DNA of 63,004 nt, counting the filler. It is 4 parts of 4 records of this genome, joined end to end, with 100 filler letters (N's around TTAATTAATTAA, not from the genome) between each part and the next. Parts side by side here need not be neighbours in the genome. Positions count along the whole stretch, not along the records: positions 1 to 28,461 come from SRR20825019_2772; 3 more parts are not named here. One strand, 5' to 3'. This document shows, piece by piece, positions 1-13,318 of this stretch. Both the position numbers and the translations under genes were made by a program. How positions within the stretch are numbered: the stretch's first letter is position 1; the number at the start of each line of letters is the position of its first letter. The notes below the pieces were generated by a model. It was given only the letters and a program-made list of their open reading frames with translations. It was not told where the DNA came from and made no database searches.

Positions 1-139
1 GATGTACAAGGCCAAGGCAGCGAAGAAAGCCGCTGTGACGGAGCCGGCTGCTGCACCCGAGGAGCCTGAGGCAAAGAAGGAGGAGGCTGCTGCTGCTGAG
101 GAGGAGGCAGAGCAATATGATGACGATTTTGAGGAATAA
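1..139 (+). CDS. 3' end of a eukaryotic gene, acidic low-complexity C-terminus (...EEEAEQYDDDFEE*), product unknown
   Basis: Open frame from base 2 to TAA at 137-139; truncated by window edge. Confidence 0.6.
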   Translation, partial: MYKAKAAKKAAVTEPAAAPEEPEAKKEEAAAAEEEAEQYDDDFEE

Positions 140-166
140 ATTCATTCATGGTTACCTTACACTACC

Positions 167-3100
167 TCAGACTCCTGAGCGCACGGCGTCTGGGTTGCGC
201 GGAGGCGGGTCCGCCATCTCGAAGCTGAGCCTGGACAAGGCGCCGATCGGCTTCTCATACATGGACGCAGTTACTGCTGCAAAGTCATATTTCTGCAAGT
301 TGAGGGTGGACCGCCTCTTCTTGACTACATCCAACACCTGATCCCTGCAGATGTGGTTAGGACCTCCCAGCACCCGCGCCCCCCCATCCAAGTACCACTC
401 ACCAAACATTGTCCTTGTACACGGAGGTCATGTCAAAGTTGAACTCTTCGTCCTCGCTGTCATCTGCGGCGACCTGTGCAGTTGCATTGCGGAACTTCTT
501 CAACCTCTTGGCGAAGTCCTTGGAGCTGCCCCCTTTGAGCTGCTTCCTGCAACGGTGGCCTCGCCAAATGGCTTGGAACTTGCTTGCGAACCTGTCGTAG
601 ATAGCCACCTCGGCAAATCGAAGGAACGGCTCCTTCTCATCATTCGCCAACGATTCGAGGCCCATCCTGTTCAGTACGAGCAGCTCCAGCATGGGGCGGA
701 ATGCCACGCCGTGCTGCTCGTTGTAGCAGCACATCGTCGCCACACGTCGAGTGAGGCCCATGAAGAACATGTACTTGGGCCGACCCGACACCAACCCGAG
801 AGGCGGCTCCAAACTCTCGGCCAGCTGTCGCACCTTCGTGATGGGAATATACCCGGTTCCCTGTGGATCGAGTTTTTTCCAGGCTTCGCTGAAATCATCC
901 AGGTGGTCGTGCGTAACTGTTAGTTGTGTCAGAACACCAGTGCGAAAGGACCCGGACCATTATCACTTACTGTCCTTCAAAGTGGTATTGTACCAATGAC
1001 TGAAGCTCTCGACGACGACACCAAGCGCGAGGTTGACAAATATGAAGTTCATCACGATGAAGTAGCTAATAAAGTAGGGGTAGGCCAGGAAGGAGCCGCA
1101 GTCATTCCGCTCTGGCGTGATGGTGCAAGCAGGCGGCTGGATCGCAGCATCGTGCATCACATAAGTCCAGCTATCACCAGTGGAGATGCGATAGAGGCTC
1201 ACTAGGGCACTATGGAAGGTGGCGTAGTTGTCGCGGTTGTTCAACGTCGACCCGTAACGAGTACCAGCGAATATCTTTGTTCCGAGCAGTGCATAGACGA
1301 ACCACACCAAGCTCAGCATCACCATGACATTCAAGATGTCCGGGGCGGCACTAGCCAAGGTTTGGAATATCATCTGCAGAGTCTTCAGTCGCTTGACCAG
1401 ACGGAAGAGCCTGATGGTCCTCAGCACTCGAAGGAAGGAGGTCTGCGCAGACTTGTGGATGACCAAGGTCATTACCTGACTAGTTGTTGAAGTGACGACA
1501 ACAAAGCAATCGAAGCAGTTCCATGGGTCGCTGAAGTACCCACGGATCGACAGGGCCCACATCTTGAGAAGCATTTCGAACACGAATATCACCGTTGAGA
1601 TCTGTGTGAAGATTTTCACCGCCAACGACCATTCGGCACTCGCGTCGGCATGGTCCAGCAACATCACAGCAGCATTGACAACGATCAAAATAAAAATGAA
1701 TGAGTCGAACCACGGGTGCAGCGCAAACTTGAACACCCATGTTGCGGGCCAGCGCGTGGGGACTTTCAGCTCACGCAGAGGAAGCATCGCGTTGATGGCG
1801 GCCCGAAGATCCAGAAGCGCAATCTGGTGTTCATTCAGGAGCGCGCGCCCAGAGATCTTGGACATGGCCGAGATGATGACACCAATGAAAAGATTCAACA
1901 GGAAGAAAGCCGAGATGAAGATGAAAACGATGAAGAATATGTAGTTGAAATTGGAGTATCCCTCTTGTGGGGCCGTGTCTGCTCCAGTAAGGTCAAGGAC
2001 GGGGATGACCAAATCATTCCAAGTGTCGAGGGTGGCCAACTGGAAGAGTGTGATCATCGACCAGAACACGTTGTCATAGTTGTGGACGGGGCGGAGCCAG
2101 GCGCGTGGTGCAAGAACGTTGTTGTCGTTCACGAAGGAGCCGAAGCAATCTCCCTTGTCCAGCTCCGAGTCGGTGCACGAGTCAAGCTTGCCCATCCACA
2201 GCATCATGGCGATGGCACTGAATACCATGAGATTGATCATGAAGAACAGGGTGGTGTAGAGAATCTGCTCCATACTTTCAAGCAGCGACTCGAGTATCAC
2301 ACGCATAGACCTGATCCGCAGCCCAATTCGCACCACCCTCAGAGCCCGCAGTGACACAGTGAAGCCCTTGAGCCACTGGGTGTGGGCCGGCAGCGACATC
2401 ACAAGGACAATTTCGGCATACATGGCCAGGACGATTACAAAGTCAAACACGTTCCACTTGTTGGAAAGATAACCAGTGGGGGTGAAGTAGAACCCAAGGG
2501 CGAGGATCTTGAGGACGGCTTCCACCGTGAAGATTAAGAGTAGGACGTACCGAGTCAGCTCAAAGTACCAGGCCAGCGCGCTTGCGGTGATGTATGTGTG
2601 TACAGCGGCCTGGACGCAACTCATAACGATAACAAACATAATGAATGCGTCGAAGTACTTGTTCAGCGCGATGGTCACCAGGATATTCCTGGCAAAACTT
2701 CCTTCCTTTAGGAAGAAGCACGAGTACTGCTGCCTCTCCTCAGAGTACAGCTGGTCGTAGAAGAAACCTCGGGTCCGCGCCAGGACTCCGCCCTTGTCCT
2801 GCCGCAACACGCCGTCTTGCAGCAGCCCCTCCTGCATCGCGTCATACTTCCCCCCATCTCCACTCATTACCTTCATCTCGATCTCCTTGGGGTCCTCTTC
2901 TTTCTCCAGGGCGGCGACCTCGTCTTCGTCTTCTGCCTCCTCAAAGTTCTCGAGGATGATGACGATGAAGATGTTGACCAGCACTGCGCATCAGGTCTAG
3001 TTAGTATTCCCACCACAACGGCAACACGAGCAAGCAGGTACACTCACCATACTGAGCCAGGCAATAGAACGCAATGAACACAATCGGAGTGATGATGAAC

Positions 3101-5544
3101 TGCGAGGGCGAGTACACGTATGTATACATAACCCCTGTCCAGGACGCCCCGGTCATGACCTGGAACCATGATACGAAGCCGTTGAACATGTTGGCGAAGT
3201 TGAAGCGATCCATGCCCAAGTCATTGGTCTGCTGATGCGGGCCGCCATACAGTTGCATGCCGAGGATGGAGAAGACGATGAGAATGAACATGATGAACGA
3301 GAAAAGAGAGAGGATAGCACTCAGATTCTTGAAGGACTTTCTGAGGAGGTCAGCTAGACCCTTGACGCGCACCATCAACCGCAAAATACGGGCCAACCGA
3401 GCAATCCGAAGCAGATTAAACACCATTAGCTTGCTGGAGTGGATGAAGGGAGAGAAGCTTGTGAGGACCACGATGGCGAAGTCAAACCGATTCATAGACG
3501 ACTGGCTCAGGAACCGGAAGAGGCCACGAGCTGCTATGCTGCGGATGACGATCTCCAAGAAAAAGATTGTGACGAAGCAGTAGTTCATTATCTGAAGGAC
3601 GTTGGCGTAGCCCTGGGACATTTGCCGGTAGGGAAGGAGGAATGCGACTGTGTTGAGGCAGATCACCAGCATGATCGACATCTCAAACTTGGTGTTGTTG
3701 CAGATGGCATCGGCCACACTGGCGGCCCACTGGGGGACAAACTGCACATCGCGGGCGTTCATGACCCAGTTGTCCAGCCGATCGGAGATGTTGTGCCTGT
3801 TCTTGAACTTCTCCCACTTGAGGGACAGCCACGTCGAGAACGACCATGCGCGGGCAGAGGACTGCTTTGTGGAGCCGAAGAGCCCGTGGTTCTCCAGCAC
3901 CCGGACCTTGCCGAAGAAGGTGCTGATGACAGCGATGAAGAGATTCACAATGAGGAACTGGAAGGTCGAGATCATCACGACAAAGTATAGCGCGGCAAGC
4001 GGCGACGTTGCCTGCATGACCGTGTACATGTAGTCACCCCACGAGTCCATCGTCATGGTCTGCCAGTTGAGCAGGAAGGTGTGGTAGGCATTATCAAATG
4101 AGGTCAGCCCGCCGTTCGGGTTTCCGACCTCCCTGCACTCCTGGCCAAGCTCTGCAGAACAGTGGTGCGCCCACGCCCCCTCGCCACAATTGGTTAGCGG
4201 GGTGATAGGGTCGCCAGAGGCTATGTGGACACACTGGAACCGCATCGTTCCGGCAAAAAGCTGGATCCCGAATATGGCGAAGAGCACAACCACAAACACT
4301 AGGGCGAACACGATGTAGATGAGATGGGGGATGGAGAGCATCACGGCGTCGGCAATGGTGCGCAATCCCTGCTCGCCCAGTCAGAACACACCGCGCCGGC
4401 GGCCACCCCTGCCGTTCACCCACCTTCATCGCCTGGATTGCTCGCAGGGGCCGTATGGCACGCAGGGCCCGAAGGGCATTCACCTTCAGCGGGAGCAGCC
4501 AAGGCACCAGGAACTACGGGGGGCTTAGAGCGATGCCTTCCAGGGCGGTGGCAAACCCACCTCGATCCATCCCGATATCACCACGATCCCGTCCAGCCGG
4601 CACCAGCCATCGTTGATGTAAGCGTCTTGAGACGACATGAAGGTTCGCACGATGATCTGCAGGACCATCTCCATCCTGGTGGCGGATGCTCGTCAGCCAG
4701 GCAAACACCAACACATGGGTTCTCACTCACGTGTATATGAAGAGGCACAACCGATCTATCAAGTTAATCACAAACTTATCGGTGCCGCCTTCCTCCCGCA
4801 CCGCTGTAGGATCAGTGTTAGCCCATCGTTCAAATGTGCTCACACCATACAAGCATCAACAACTGCGGTCTCCTGCCATCCCGCAGCAACTCACACAACA
4901 CCCGCCACTAACCAGTCGTGTCCATGGCCAATGCTATCACGTTCACCAGGATGGTAAGTTGCAGGAGGAGCTCTGTGAAGGGGTTGAACAAGACTTTGTT
5001 GCAGAACTGCCGAAACTTGTTGTCCGGGCCCAGGACGAACAGAGACACCCCGGACACGTCAGGCGGCTGCACAAACCATGCGGTTGGTCCGTCAGCCCCT
5101 CCGAGCACACTGTGGGGGGGGGGGGGTCGCCGCACCTGAACCATGACGGTCATGAGACGGTCATTCACGCTGAGGTTCGCCTGTGCCGACATGGAAAGCA
5201 TCACTTTGTTCTTGTCGTAGAGCTTGTTGTACAGCCGCTGGTACCTGCCCAACCAAGTTATCCCCAACCACACCAGTCGGCCCAGACCAGCCCGCTCACC
5301 TCTTGTACACGCGTGCCTCTCTTTCCTGGGCGAGCCGCTGCTCCTCCAAAGACACATATGGGCCCGGCGGCCCCCGGGGCTTGGGCGTCTGGCGCAGCAC
5401 GTGCTTCTTCACCGCCCTGTTTGCCGCTCCGAACGCCTTTCCAACTCCTGGGACATAGACAGACTTCTTCTTGGAGCGGGGTGCGTTGGCGCCTATGGTC
5501 GTGGCCGCGGCCCAGGAAGGACCGGCTTCTTCACCTGCAGTCAT
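167..5544 (-). CDS. Four-domain (4x6TM) voltage-gated Ca2+/Na+-type channel alpha subunit, multi-exon
   Basis: Four S4 segments (LRALRAIRPLRAI; LLRIARLARILRL; LRALRVVRIGLR; LRVLRTIRLFRLVKR), four pore helices (QTMTMDSW, QVMTGASW, QLATLDTW, RISTGDSW), S6 motifs (NLFIAVI, NIFIVII, NLFIGVI, NLALGVV), C-terminal IQ motif (FQAIWRGHRCRK); ORF pieces join through GT-AG introns (e.g. about 2984-3047, 4369-4423). Confidence 0.92.
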
Positions 5545-6486
5545 GTGACCGGGTGGGCTAATGGGAGACTGATAGACCCAGGATAATTATAACTAACGCA
5601 AAAGACTTGCTGGGTTGAAGGACGGGCCGCAATGGAGCTTCAGGTTTGGCCGGACGCTGACACGCCTGAGGCGTTCAGGGTGTGCACGTATAAGGGGAGC
5701 GATAACCTCCGGACCACAACCGGCCGGTGCCGCGCTCGCCTCCCTCTGGGCTGGGGGAGCACAGCCTGAGTGGGTCTCTCTAGTGCGGCCACCGGCCCAA
5801 CGGCGCGCCGCGGCGGGCCCGGCCCAGTGGCATGTCAAAAGAATGAAAAAATTTGCACGCCGGACGACGACCAAACGATGCTGGGCTGGGGGTGCCCGTC
5901 GGGCCGGCGGAGGATGGCAACGCGATGCGGGTGCCGCGCGCGCCCCGATCCCGGTCCGGATCGTTTGATTTATGGGGCGTTCAGCGAGGCCTCGGTGTGG
6001 GCTTCTTCTCGGGCGGTCGTCACGCCGGTGGCACGGGCGGGAACCGAAGCGCGAGCCCACCCGGCGTGAGCGGCCGCGAGCCGGCTGGGGGCGATCCTGA
6101 GGACGGACCGCGGCCGACGCAGCGGGTGCCGGGCCCAAAAATTGAAGCGACAACGGTCCAGATATCATAATTGGCATATGTCCATCGTAATGATCGAGCC
6201 CCGGCGGCGCCGGTGGGCGCCGCCCCGATGACCATGACAGCACGGGCAGGGCGCTGCCCGCACCACGCGCCGCCGCCGAGTCATCAGACTGGCGCGCTGG
6301 GGCGCCGACGAGCCGCGGCCAGCCGCCGGGCCGCAGCGAGAGTCGAGGCCCTGACGGTGCCGGTGCCGAGTCAGTTCCTTCCGCCCCCCCGGGCCCGCCG
6401 GCTCGCTGCTCCAGCGATACGCTCCCGGCCCCCAGTACAAATAGCATTGGTGTACCTCTTAGTTTAATTAACGAGGAGGGAGACAC

Positions 6487-9400
6487 ATGCGCAGGTCCGG
6501 CGGGTACTCCCAAGACCATGATTCTTCGCACAAAAGACGAAAGCATGAAGACCCGCGGCCATCCTCATCCCGCTCGCACGATCAGGACGGCGGGCGGCCC
6601 CGACCTTCCGCAGAGTCGGACGTGAGGCGGTGGGCGGATGGCAAGTTCTTCGGAGAGGATGCATACATCCGACGTGACTCCCCGCTGTATGAAGACTTCT
6701 GGGAGTTCCGGGCCAAGTTCGTGAAGCTGGTGGAGGGGCAGGCACGGGCGATGGGGAAAGGGGGGGAAGGGGGCGCGGGCACTTCGGTTTCTAAGGGGGA
6801 CTTCAAAGACTCTTCTCTTGCTCGTTCATTCCAAGAACTGGGGCTCCCCCCCACATATGACCTACGCTACCGCAGCAACGTCACACTGGTCAAGGAGTCT
6901 ATGACAGGTGAGTATTCAGAGTGTTAAGGGTAATAGCCATACCCCCGAATGGGTCGACTGAACATGCCTGCGCAGAGAATCGCGGCGACATCAAGCGGAG
7001 CCTTCACATGTTCGAGGACTACAGGCAGAAGAGGTGCTTCGCACAAATTCGGAAGCTGCAGCGGGACCGCGCGGCGCTGCCAATGGCCCAGTACAAGAAG
7101 GACGTTGTGGAAATGGTGCGGAAGCACTCGGTGGTGGTGATAGCGGGGGACACCGGGTGTGGCAAGTCCACCCAGGTGCCACAGTACCTTATGGACGCCG
7201 GCTTCACCAAGATTGCGTGCACCCAGCCCCGGCGCATCTCCACAATTGGTCTGTCCCGCCGGGTTGCAACAGAGACACTGAATGAGTATGGGTCGAAAGT
7301 GTCATACCAGATCCGCTTTGAGACGACCAAGACGGAGGACACGCAGCTCCTCTTCGTGACCGAAGGCCTCCTGCTGAGGCAGCTGGCGTCGGACCCGCTG
7401 CTGCTGTGCTACAACGTGGTGATCATTGACGAGGCGCATGAGCGCCACCTCAACTGTGACATTCTCCTCGGCTGCCTTCGCCGGCTCGTGGTCCTGCGTG
7501 AAGACCTGCGCATCATCCTCATGAGTGCAACCATCAATATTCAGGCGTATTCGTTGTTTTTTGGCGGTTGTCCCGTCGTGCAGGTCCCGGGCCGACTGTA
7601 CCCCATTCAGGTCGAGTACGTGAAGCTAAGTGAGTATTGTCGGATTGGCGCCGCGCGCTGTGGGATGCTCACAGTGCTGCAGAGAAGAAGGAGGAGACCG
7701 GGAAGGGTCGCGGGAGGAATGACGAAGGAAGGGATAAGAGGTCGGCCAAGAACGACCACATTGACCCTGAGGACTATCTCAGGCTGCTCCACCGGGTAGA
7801 CCAAGAGTACCGGGAGGATGAGCGCGGTGACATGCTGGTGTTTGTAAGCGGGATGAGTGACATGGGAAGCCTGCAGGAGGTGCTGTCTGAGTACGCACAG
7901 CAGAGCCAGCGCTGGATCATCCTCACCCTCCACAGCGCACTCTCCCTGGACGAGCAGGACAAAGTGTTCGACATCGCCCCGGACGGGGTCCGCAAGTGTA
8001 TCATATCCACCAACATCGCAGAGGTACCCCAGTGCCGCGGGGGAGTTGGCTGCGTGCTCACAGATCTTTGTGCAGACGTCCGTGACCATCGATGGAATCC
8101 GCTTCGTGGTGGACTCGGGGAAGGCAAAGGAGATGAACTTCGACGGGGGCCTGCGCATGCAGTCCCTGCAGCAGTTTTGGATAAGCAAGGCGGAGGCCGA
8201 ACAGCGCAAAGGCCGCGCTGGGCGGACAGGCCCAGGGGTCTGCTATCGAATGTACTCGGAGAGTGACTTTTCAAATTTCACTGCTTTCCCCGTGCCGGAG
8301 ATACAGCGCCTTCCGCTGGAGTCGGCGATGCTGAATGTCAAGCTGCTGACGAGCCAAGACCCGCGGGCATTCCCGTACCTTGAGCGGCCCACGGACGATT
8401 CGATCGAGCAGGCGATTGCGGTGCTGAAGGACCACGGCGCCCTAGAGAATAATGGGACGGAGGCGATCACACCACTGGGACATGTCCTGACGAGGCTGCC
8501 GGTGGAAATATCGAACGGCAAAATGCTCATATACGGCTCGCTTTTCCAGATAAGCGATGTGATACTGACTGTTGCATCGTGCATGACTGTGCAGAGCCCT
8601 TTCTTGAGGGTGGACGAGAACAATACCGCGCTGCTTCAGCAGCGCCGGACGTTTGACAGTGAAGAAGGTGATGCGTTCACCCTGCTGAGGCTTTATGACG
8701 AGTGGATCATGATCAAGGGCGGCCAGTCCCGCCCCTCCCGCAAGTGGTGCAAGCAGCATGCAGTAGAGGAGCAGCGCCTGTACGAGGTGCAGAAGCTCAA
8801 GAATCAGTTCAAGAAGCTTCTGGAGGACGATCGCGAGGTGGGCGATGTGCTGCTATCAGCCGACCGGCGGTCCGACCGGCGCCGGCTCAAGCAGATGCGC
8901 GTGGAGAAGGAGAAGAAGAGAAAAATGAAGATGTTGCAGATGGATGGGCCCGATGCGGAGGAGAAGGACGATGCCGAGGTGGAGGAGTACCAGATCCACG
9001 ACCTCGATTTCAAGATATCCAACAACATCGAGAACCTCGTGGCCCGCTCGCGCGCGGGCCTGAGCCACCGAGAGGTCATCCTCATCAAGTTCATCATTGC
9101 GTCGGGCCTGTACCCCAACGTTGCATTCCCCGATGCCAACAACGGCAACCGCAAGGGCCCGGAGCAGATGTACCATACCCGCCGCAAGTTCCACGTGAAC
9201 ATGCACCCCATGAGCGTCTACAGCTCGTCGCACGAGGCCCTGAGCCGCAACCATGTGGTGGTATTCGGCTCCCTCCTGGAGACAAACAAGGTGTACCTTG
9301 TCCACTGCATCCGCATGCCGTGCCTGCACACCCTTCTCCTCTTGTCGCGCTCCATCGATTCAAACACCTCCTGCAGCCGCATCCTGGTGGACGGCTGGGT

Positions 9401-9908
9401 CAAGATATCGATCGACAACTCAGACAAGGCGCGGGTCCTCCTCCGCAAGGCGTATGAGCTACGTGAGAGCATAGCTCAGATGCTGGACCAGAAACTTCGC
9501 TTGTCCACCCAAAAACCGGTGGCCGGGGGGCCGCCGACGCAGGGCCAGGGTGCGTACCAAGTACCGGCTTGGCTGCATGAGGCTGGAGTGGACCCCTTCC
9601 GGGACGACGAGATTCTGGACAGGCTTGATGATTACTTTTCCATGGACATCGCCTATAGCCTGGAGCTAATCCGGCCGGAGCTGGACGGTGACGGGTCCAA
9701 CCTGGCCTCCACGGGCACGCCGGGCGGTGAGGGAGTACAGGTGGCGGATTACATGCGAGTCGGAGCGATCGATGACGACGCGTGGAGCATGGCGGGGCTT
9801 TCTGAACACATGCAGAAGCAGTGGCAGTGTCCGGCGTGCAAGAAGACCTTCATGTACAACCTCCTAGAGGCGCGGGACCATCGCAAGAGCTGCCCCCTGC
9901 TAGAGTGA
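6487..9908 (+). CDS. DHX34: DEAH-box RNA helicase DHX34-like, multi-exon
   Basis: GDTGCGKST, TQPRRIS, DEAH, SAT, TNIAE|TSVTIDG, QRKGRAGRTGPG, HA2/OB region and C-terminal CPAC..H..C zinc finger typical of DHX34; introns near 6908-6975, 7628-7683, 8023-8075. Confidence 0.9.
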
Positions 9909-9927
9909 TTCGCGGATCGAGCATTTA

Positions 9928-12900
9928 CTATTTCTGCAGAAGTCTCTCCGTGATCTGTTTGAGGCACTGCATGTCGCGGATGGACGTTGCCTTTTGGTGC
10001 GATGCCCGCACGAGGTCGTTGTCCCTGTTGTGTCGGAATAAACCCAACGTGAGCTACGTCAACTGGCCCCGGATAGATTCGCCGCTTACCCTTTATACAC
10101 GCCCTGAACAAAGAGGATCCGACACTCTGAGCACGCGTCTCCAACTTCGCTGGCGGTAGTCAGGGCCTGCGATAACATCTCCCATCCTTGTTCATCCCCC
10201 TGGCAGACACAGTATCAGCATCCCCGCTCGTCTCCACCACCATCCGCCAATACCTTCATAACCAGGATAGTTCCGTACACGCGCCAGCAATTGCCGACTC
10301 CCCTGCGGTCACCTATGCGCTTCTTGACATCCAGGGACTTCTCCAGCAGGTCGATGGCCTCCTCCTCCTCGCCCTGGCCGTGCAGTGTCTCAGCAAGGCT
10401 CAGCTGCGTGTCCGTCTCCACAAAGCGGTCTCGAATCTGCACCGCGATCTCCAGACTCTGCATTGGGGATCAGCTTCTGTCGCGCAAGCCATGGCACGCC
10501 ATGGTACCTTGCGAAGGTACTCCTCTGACTCCTCGACCTTGTTGAGGGAGCGCAGGTCGTCGCCCAGCGACCTCAATGCCAGTGACTCCAGTTGCTTCTC
10601 TTCGATCTCTTGTGCAATGTCGAGCGCACGCTGGTGACGTGTGAAGCACCGGAGCTGGCCCGACTCCTCGCACACACCAGTATACATATCGATCACGCCC
10701 AGTAGGCGTAAGATGAAGCCGGACACATCCCGCGCGCCAATCACTTCCGCTGCGGGGGCACTAGAGGTTAGCCACGCCCCAAGAACCCACCGAGCCGGCC
10801 AGGACCCACCAAGCTGTAATCCGTTTGTGAGGCTTTCGGATGCCTTCTCCCAATTAGCCAGGTAGCAGTATATCTCGCCAATATTGGCAAGCGCCACCGA
10901 CTCCCCGTGCTTATGCCCAATCTCCCGGCAGGCCTTGAGGTTCTTGTCATGGTGCTCCAAGGCACGGTCGTACGTGCTCCAGCACGCATATATGTTCCCT
11001 TGGGCCCCATGAGCTGATGTGCCCCGGATGGATCGAGATATAAGGACTCACCGATATTCCCGTGCGTCAGTGCCTCCCCCCGCTTGTCTCCTACTTCTTG
11101 GCACACCTCGAGGCTCTCCATGTGATACCCCAGCGCCCGTTCGTACTGACTATTGGCGAATAAGCACCTCGCGGCGCGACTTGTCCTAGCACTCACCTGA
11201 GGCACTGGTACGAATTACCGAGGCCTGTAAGAGCGTTGGACCATGAGTTCTTGTTCTGCAGAACGTTCCGGCCAATGTTCAGCTGTTTCTCATAGTGTTC
11301 GATGGCCGCATCATAGTTGCCCAGCACGTAGTACACTAGGGTGACCGTGAGCAACACAACATACGGTGACGGAATGGCGCGTCGCCCGACAAGGCGCAAA
11401 ACTTACCGGTCCCGACATTGCCTAGTGCATTAGCCTCGGCGGACTTGTCCTCAGACTCTTGAGCGAGCTCAAGCGCGCGCCGGAAGAATATCAAAGCCTC
11501 CCTGTTGTTGCACAGAGCCTGATGGACGCAGCCAAGGTTGTTCACCGCGTTCGTCTCGCCGGCCTTGCTTCGTATGTGGATGGCCAGCTGGAGCGATGCC
11601 TCAAAGTTCTCAATGGCGGTGGTGTAATTGCACTGCAGTTGGGCCCAATCAGTGGTGGACAGGCCCCGATATGGCCGGCGCTATTCCTACCAAATGGTTC
11701 TCCACATTGCCGATGTGCGCCAGTGCACGCATCTCGCTCGCCCGGTCCTCCAACTGGGACGCTGGTCAGGGCAAGGGAAGGCGGGAGCTTCCGCACACTC
11801 ACCTCCTGAGACAAAAACAAGCTTGATCGATAGTGCTGCCTGGCCTCAGCAAACTGGAACAGGTTTTCAAAGACAGTGCCGATATTAGCCTCGACAAAGA
11901 GCTGGCAAGAGACGCCTTTAGCGAAATGCACCGCAGCGCACGAGCAACCCACCCTCAAGGTCGTGTTTCCAAAGTGACAGCATATCGCCGCACACATCTT
12001 GAGCATGGCGAGGCTCGGCTTATACTTGCCATCTTGTAGCCAGGCCACTCCATCCTTGAAAATTGGCCACTCGGGAGGGCTGTCGCCCGCCTGCTCCCGC
12101 AGGTTCCGCGCCTTGGTGTACTGCTCCTGAGAACACCCACCGTCACGCTCGCCCCGCCGCACCGAATATGCCACACTAACCATTGCCTTCTCCACGTTTG
12201 CCTGACATTCCTCAAGGTACCACCCGTAGCAGCATAACCCCTGACCGCAAGGTGTCAACAGGGCTCCCTCAGCACATCCACCATGCCTACCATGAATGAA
12301 TCTTCTTCCGCCTCAAGGAAAGCCCGGTAAACTCGCTCGGCCCTCTCATAAAACCGATACTCATTGTCTATCCACAGAAATAGCGCATACTCCCTGACCA
12401 CCAGTCAGACCCTCGCCCTTCCCCCACACACACCAACAACTTGATCGTACCAGAGCGCCTGGGTCAACCCTTCCTTGGCGGCCTCCACAGCCCGGGCGAA
12501 GAGAAGGTCACCCTGCAGCCCGGGCTCTGCCAGTTGGGCGCGCGCCTCTTCCTCCAGGTCCTCCTGGGACTCAAACTCCTTGATGATCGCGGGGTGCATC
12601 TGGATGTAGCTCTCATACCTATCGCACGTCAATTAGCGCCCGCCACACCCTGACCAACCCACCCCCCGCACCCCTACACCTGCACTTACCACGTTAACTT
12701 CCCGGGAGGGTGGAAGCCCCACTTGGTGAGGCAAGCCGGGATCTTCTCTCTCCACAGGGTGTCCAGGCTGGCAATCGAGTTCCACCGTTCAGACACCTGG
12801 CAGCTGTCAGTGTGACCGCCTCCGCACGCGGGCACCACCTACCAGTCTACACTTGACCAGCTCCCTCGCCGGGAGGAACCCAAAGATCAAGTGGAGGAGG

Positions 12901-13318
12901 TCGTCGTTCTCTATGACACACATGGTCGTCCAATCGTCATCCCTGTGGCACGAAGTTACCACCCACCCGCAGAGCATACTTATACGCCTTACGTTATCAA
13001 GGTGCTTGCGGAAGAGTTTCTGCGTAGAGACAGCTGGCGAGAGATGCGGCCCGGCGAGAAGAGAGGGGTCGCCACGCTGCCCCTCCTCTGAGGAGAGAGG
13101 ACGGAAGAAGGCGGGCCGGAGTGCGACGGAGGCAGACGAAAGTGCGTACTAGTAGGAGTCGTGGGATACGAAGCGCTTTGAAGGGGCGGAGTCATAAAGT
13201 CACTGCTACTGTCGTCTATGTCCGGGATGGACACGGTCATTTCCGTGAAGGACGATCGCTTTGGTGTCGGAGGGCCCCTCAGCGGAGTGGTGGGTGGCTT
13301 CTCCGGCCTTAGAGACAT
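9928..13318 (-). CDS. F-box plus tetratricopeptide-repeat protein, many short introns
   Basis: Spliced F-box DDLLHLIFGFLPARELVKCRL|VSERWNSIASLDTLWR (about 12750-12910); many TPRs of the GDKRGEALTHGNIG / ALGNVG / NNLGCVH type; predicted TAG at 9928-9930. Confidence 0.8.

Noticed and set aside
5593-6546. Long Arg/Pro/Ala/Gly ORFs in GC islands (also 15211-15872, 44288-45371)
   Set aside because: Low-complexity products of stop-poor GC-rich DNA with no recognisable motifs
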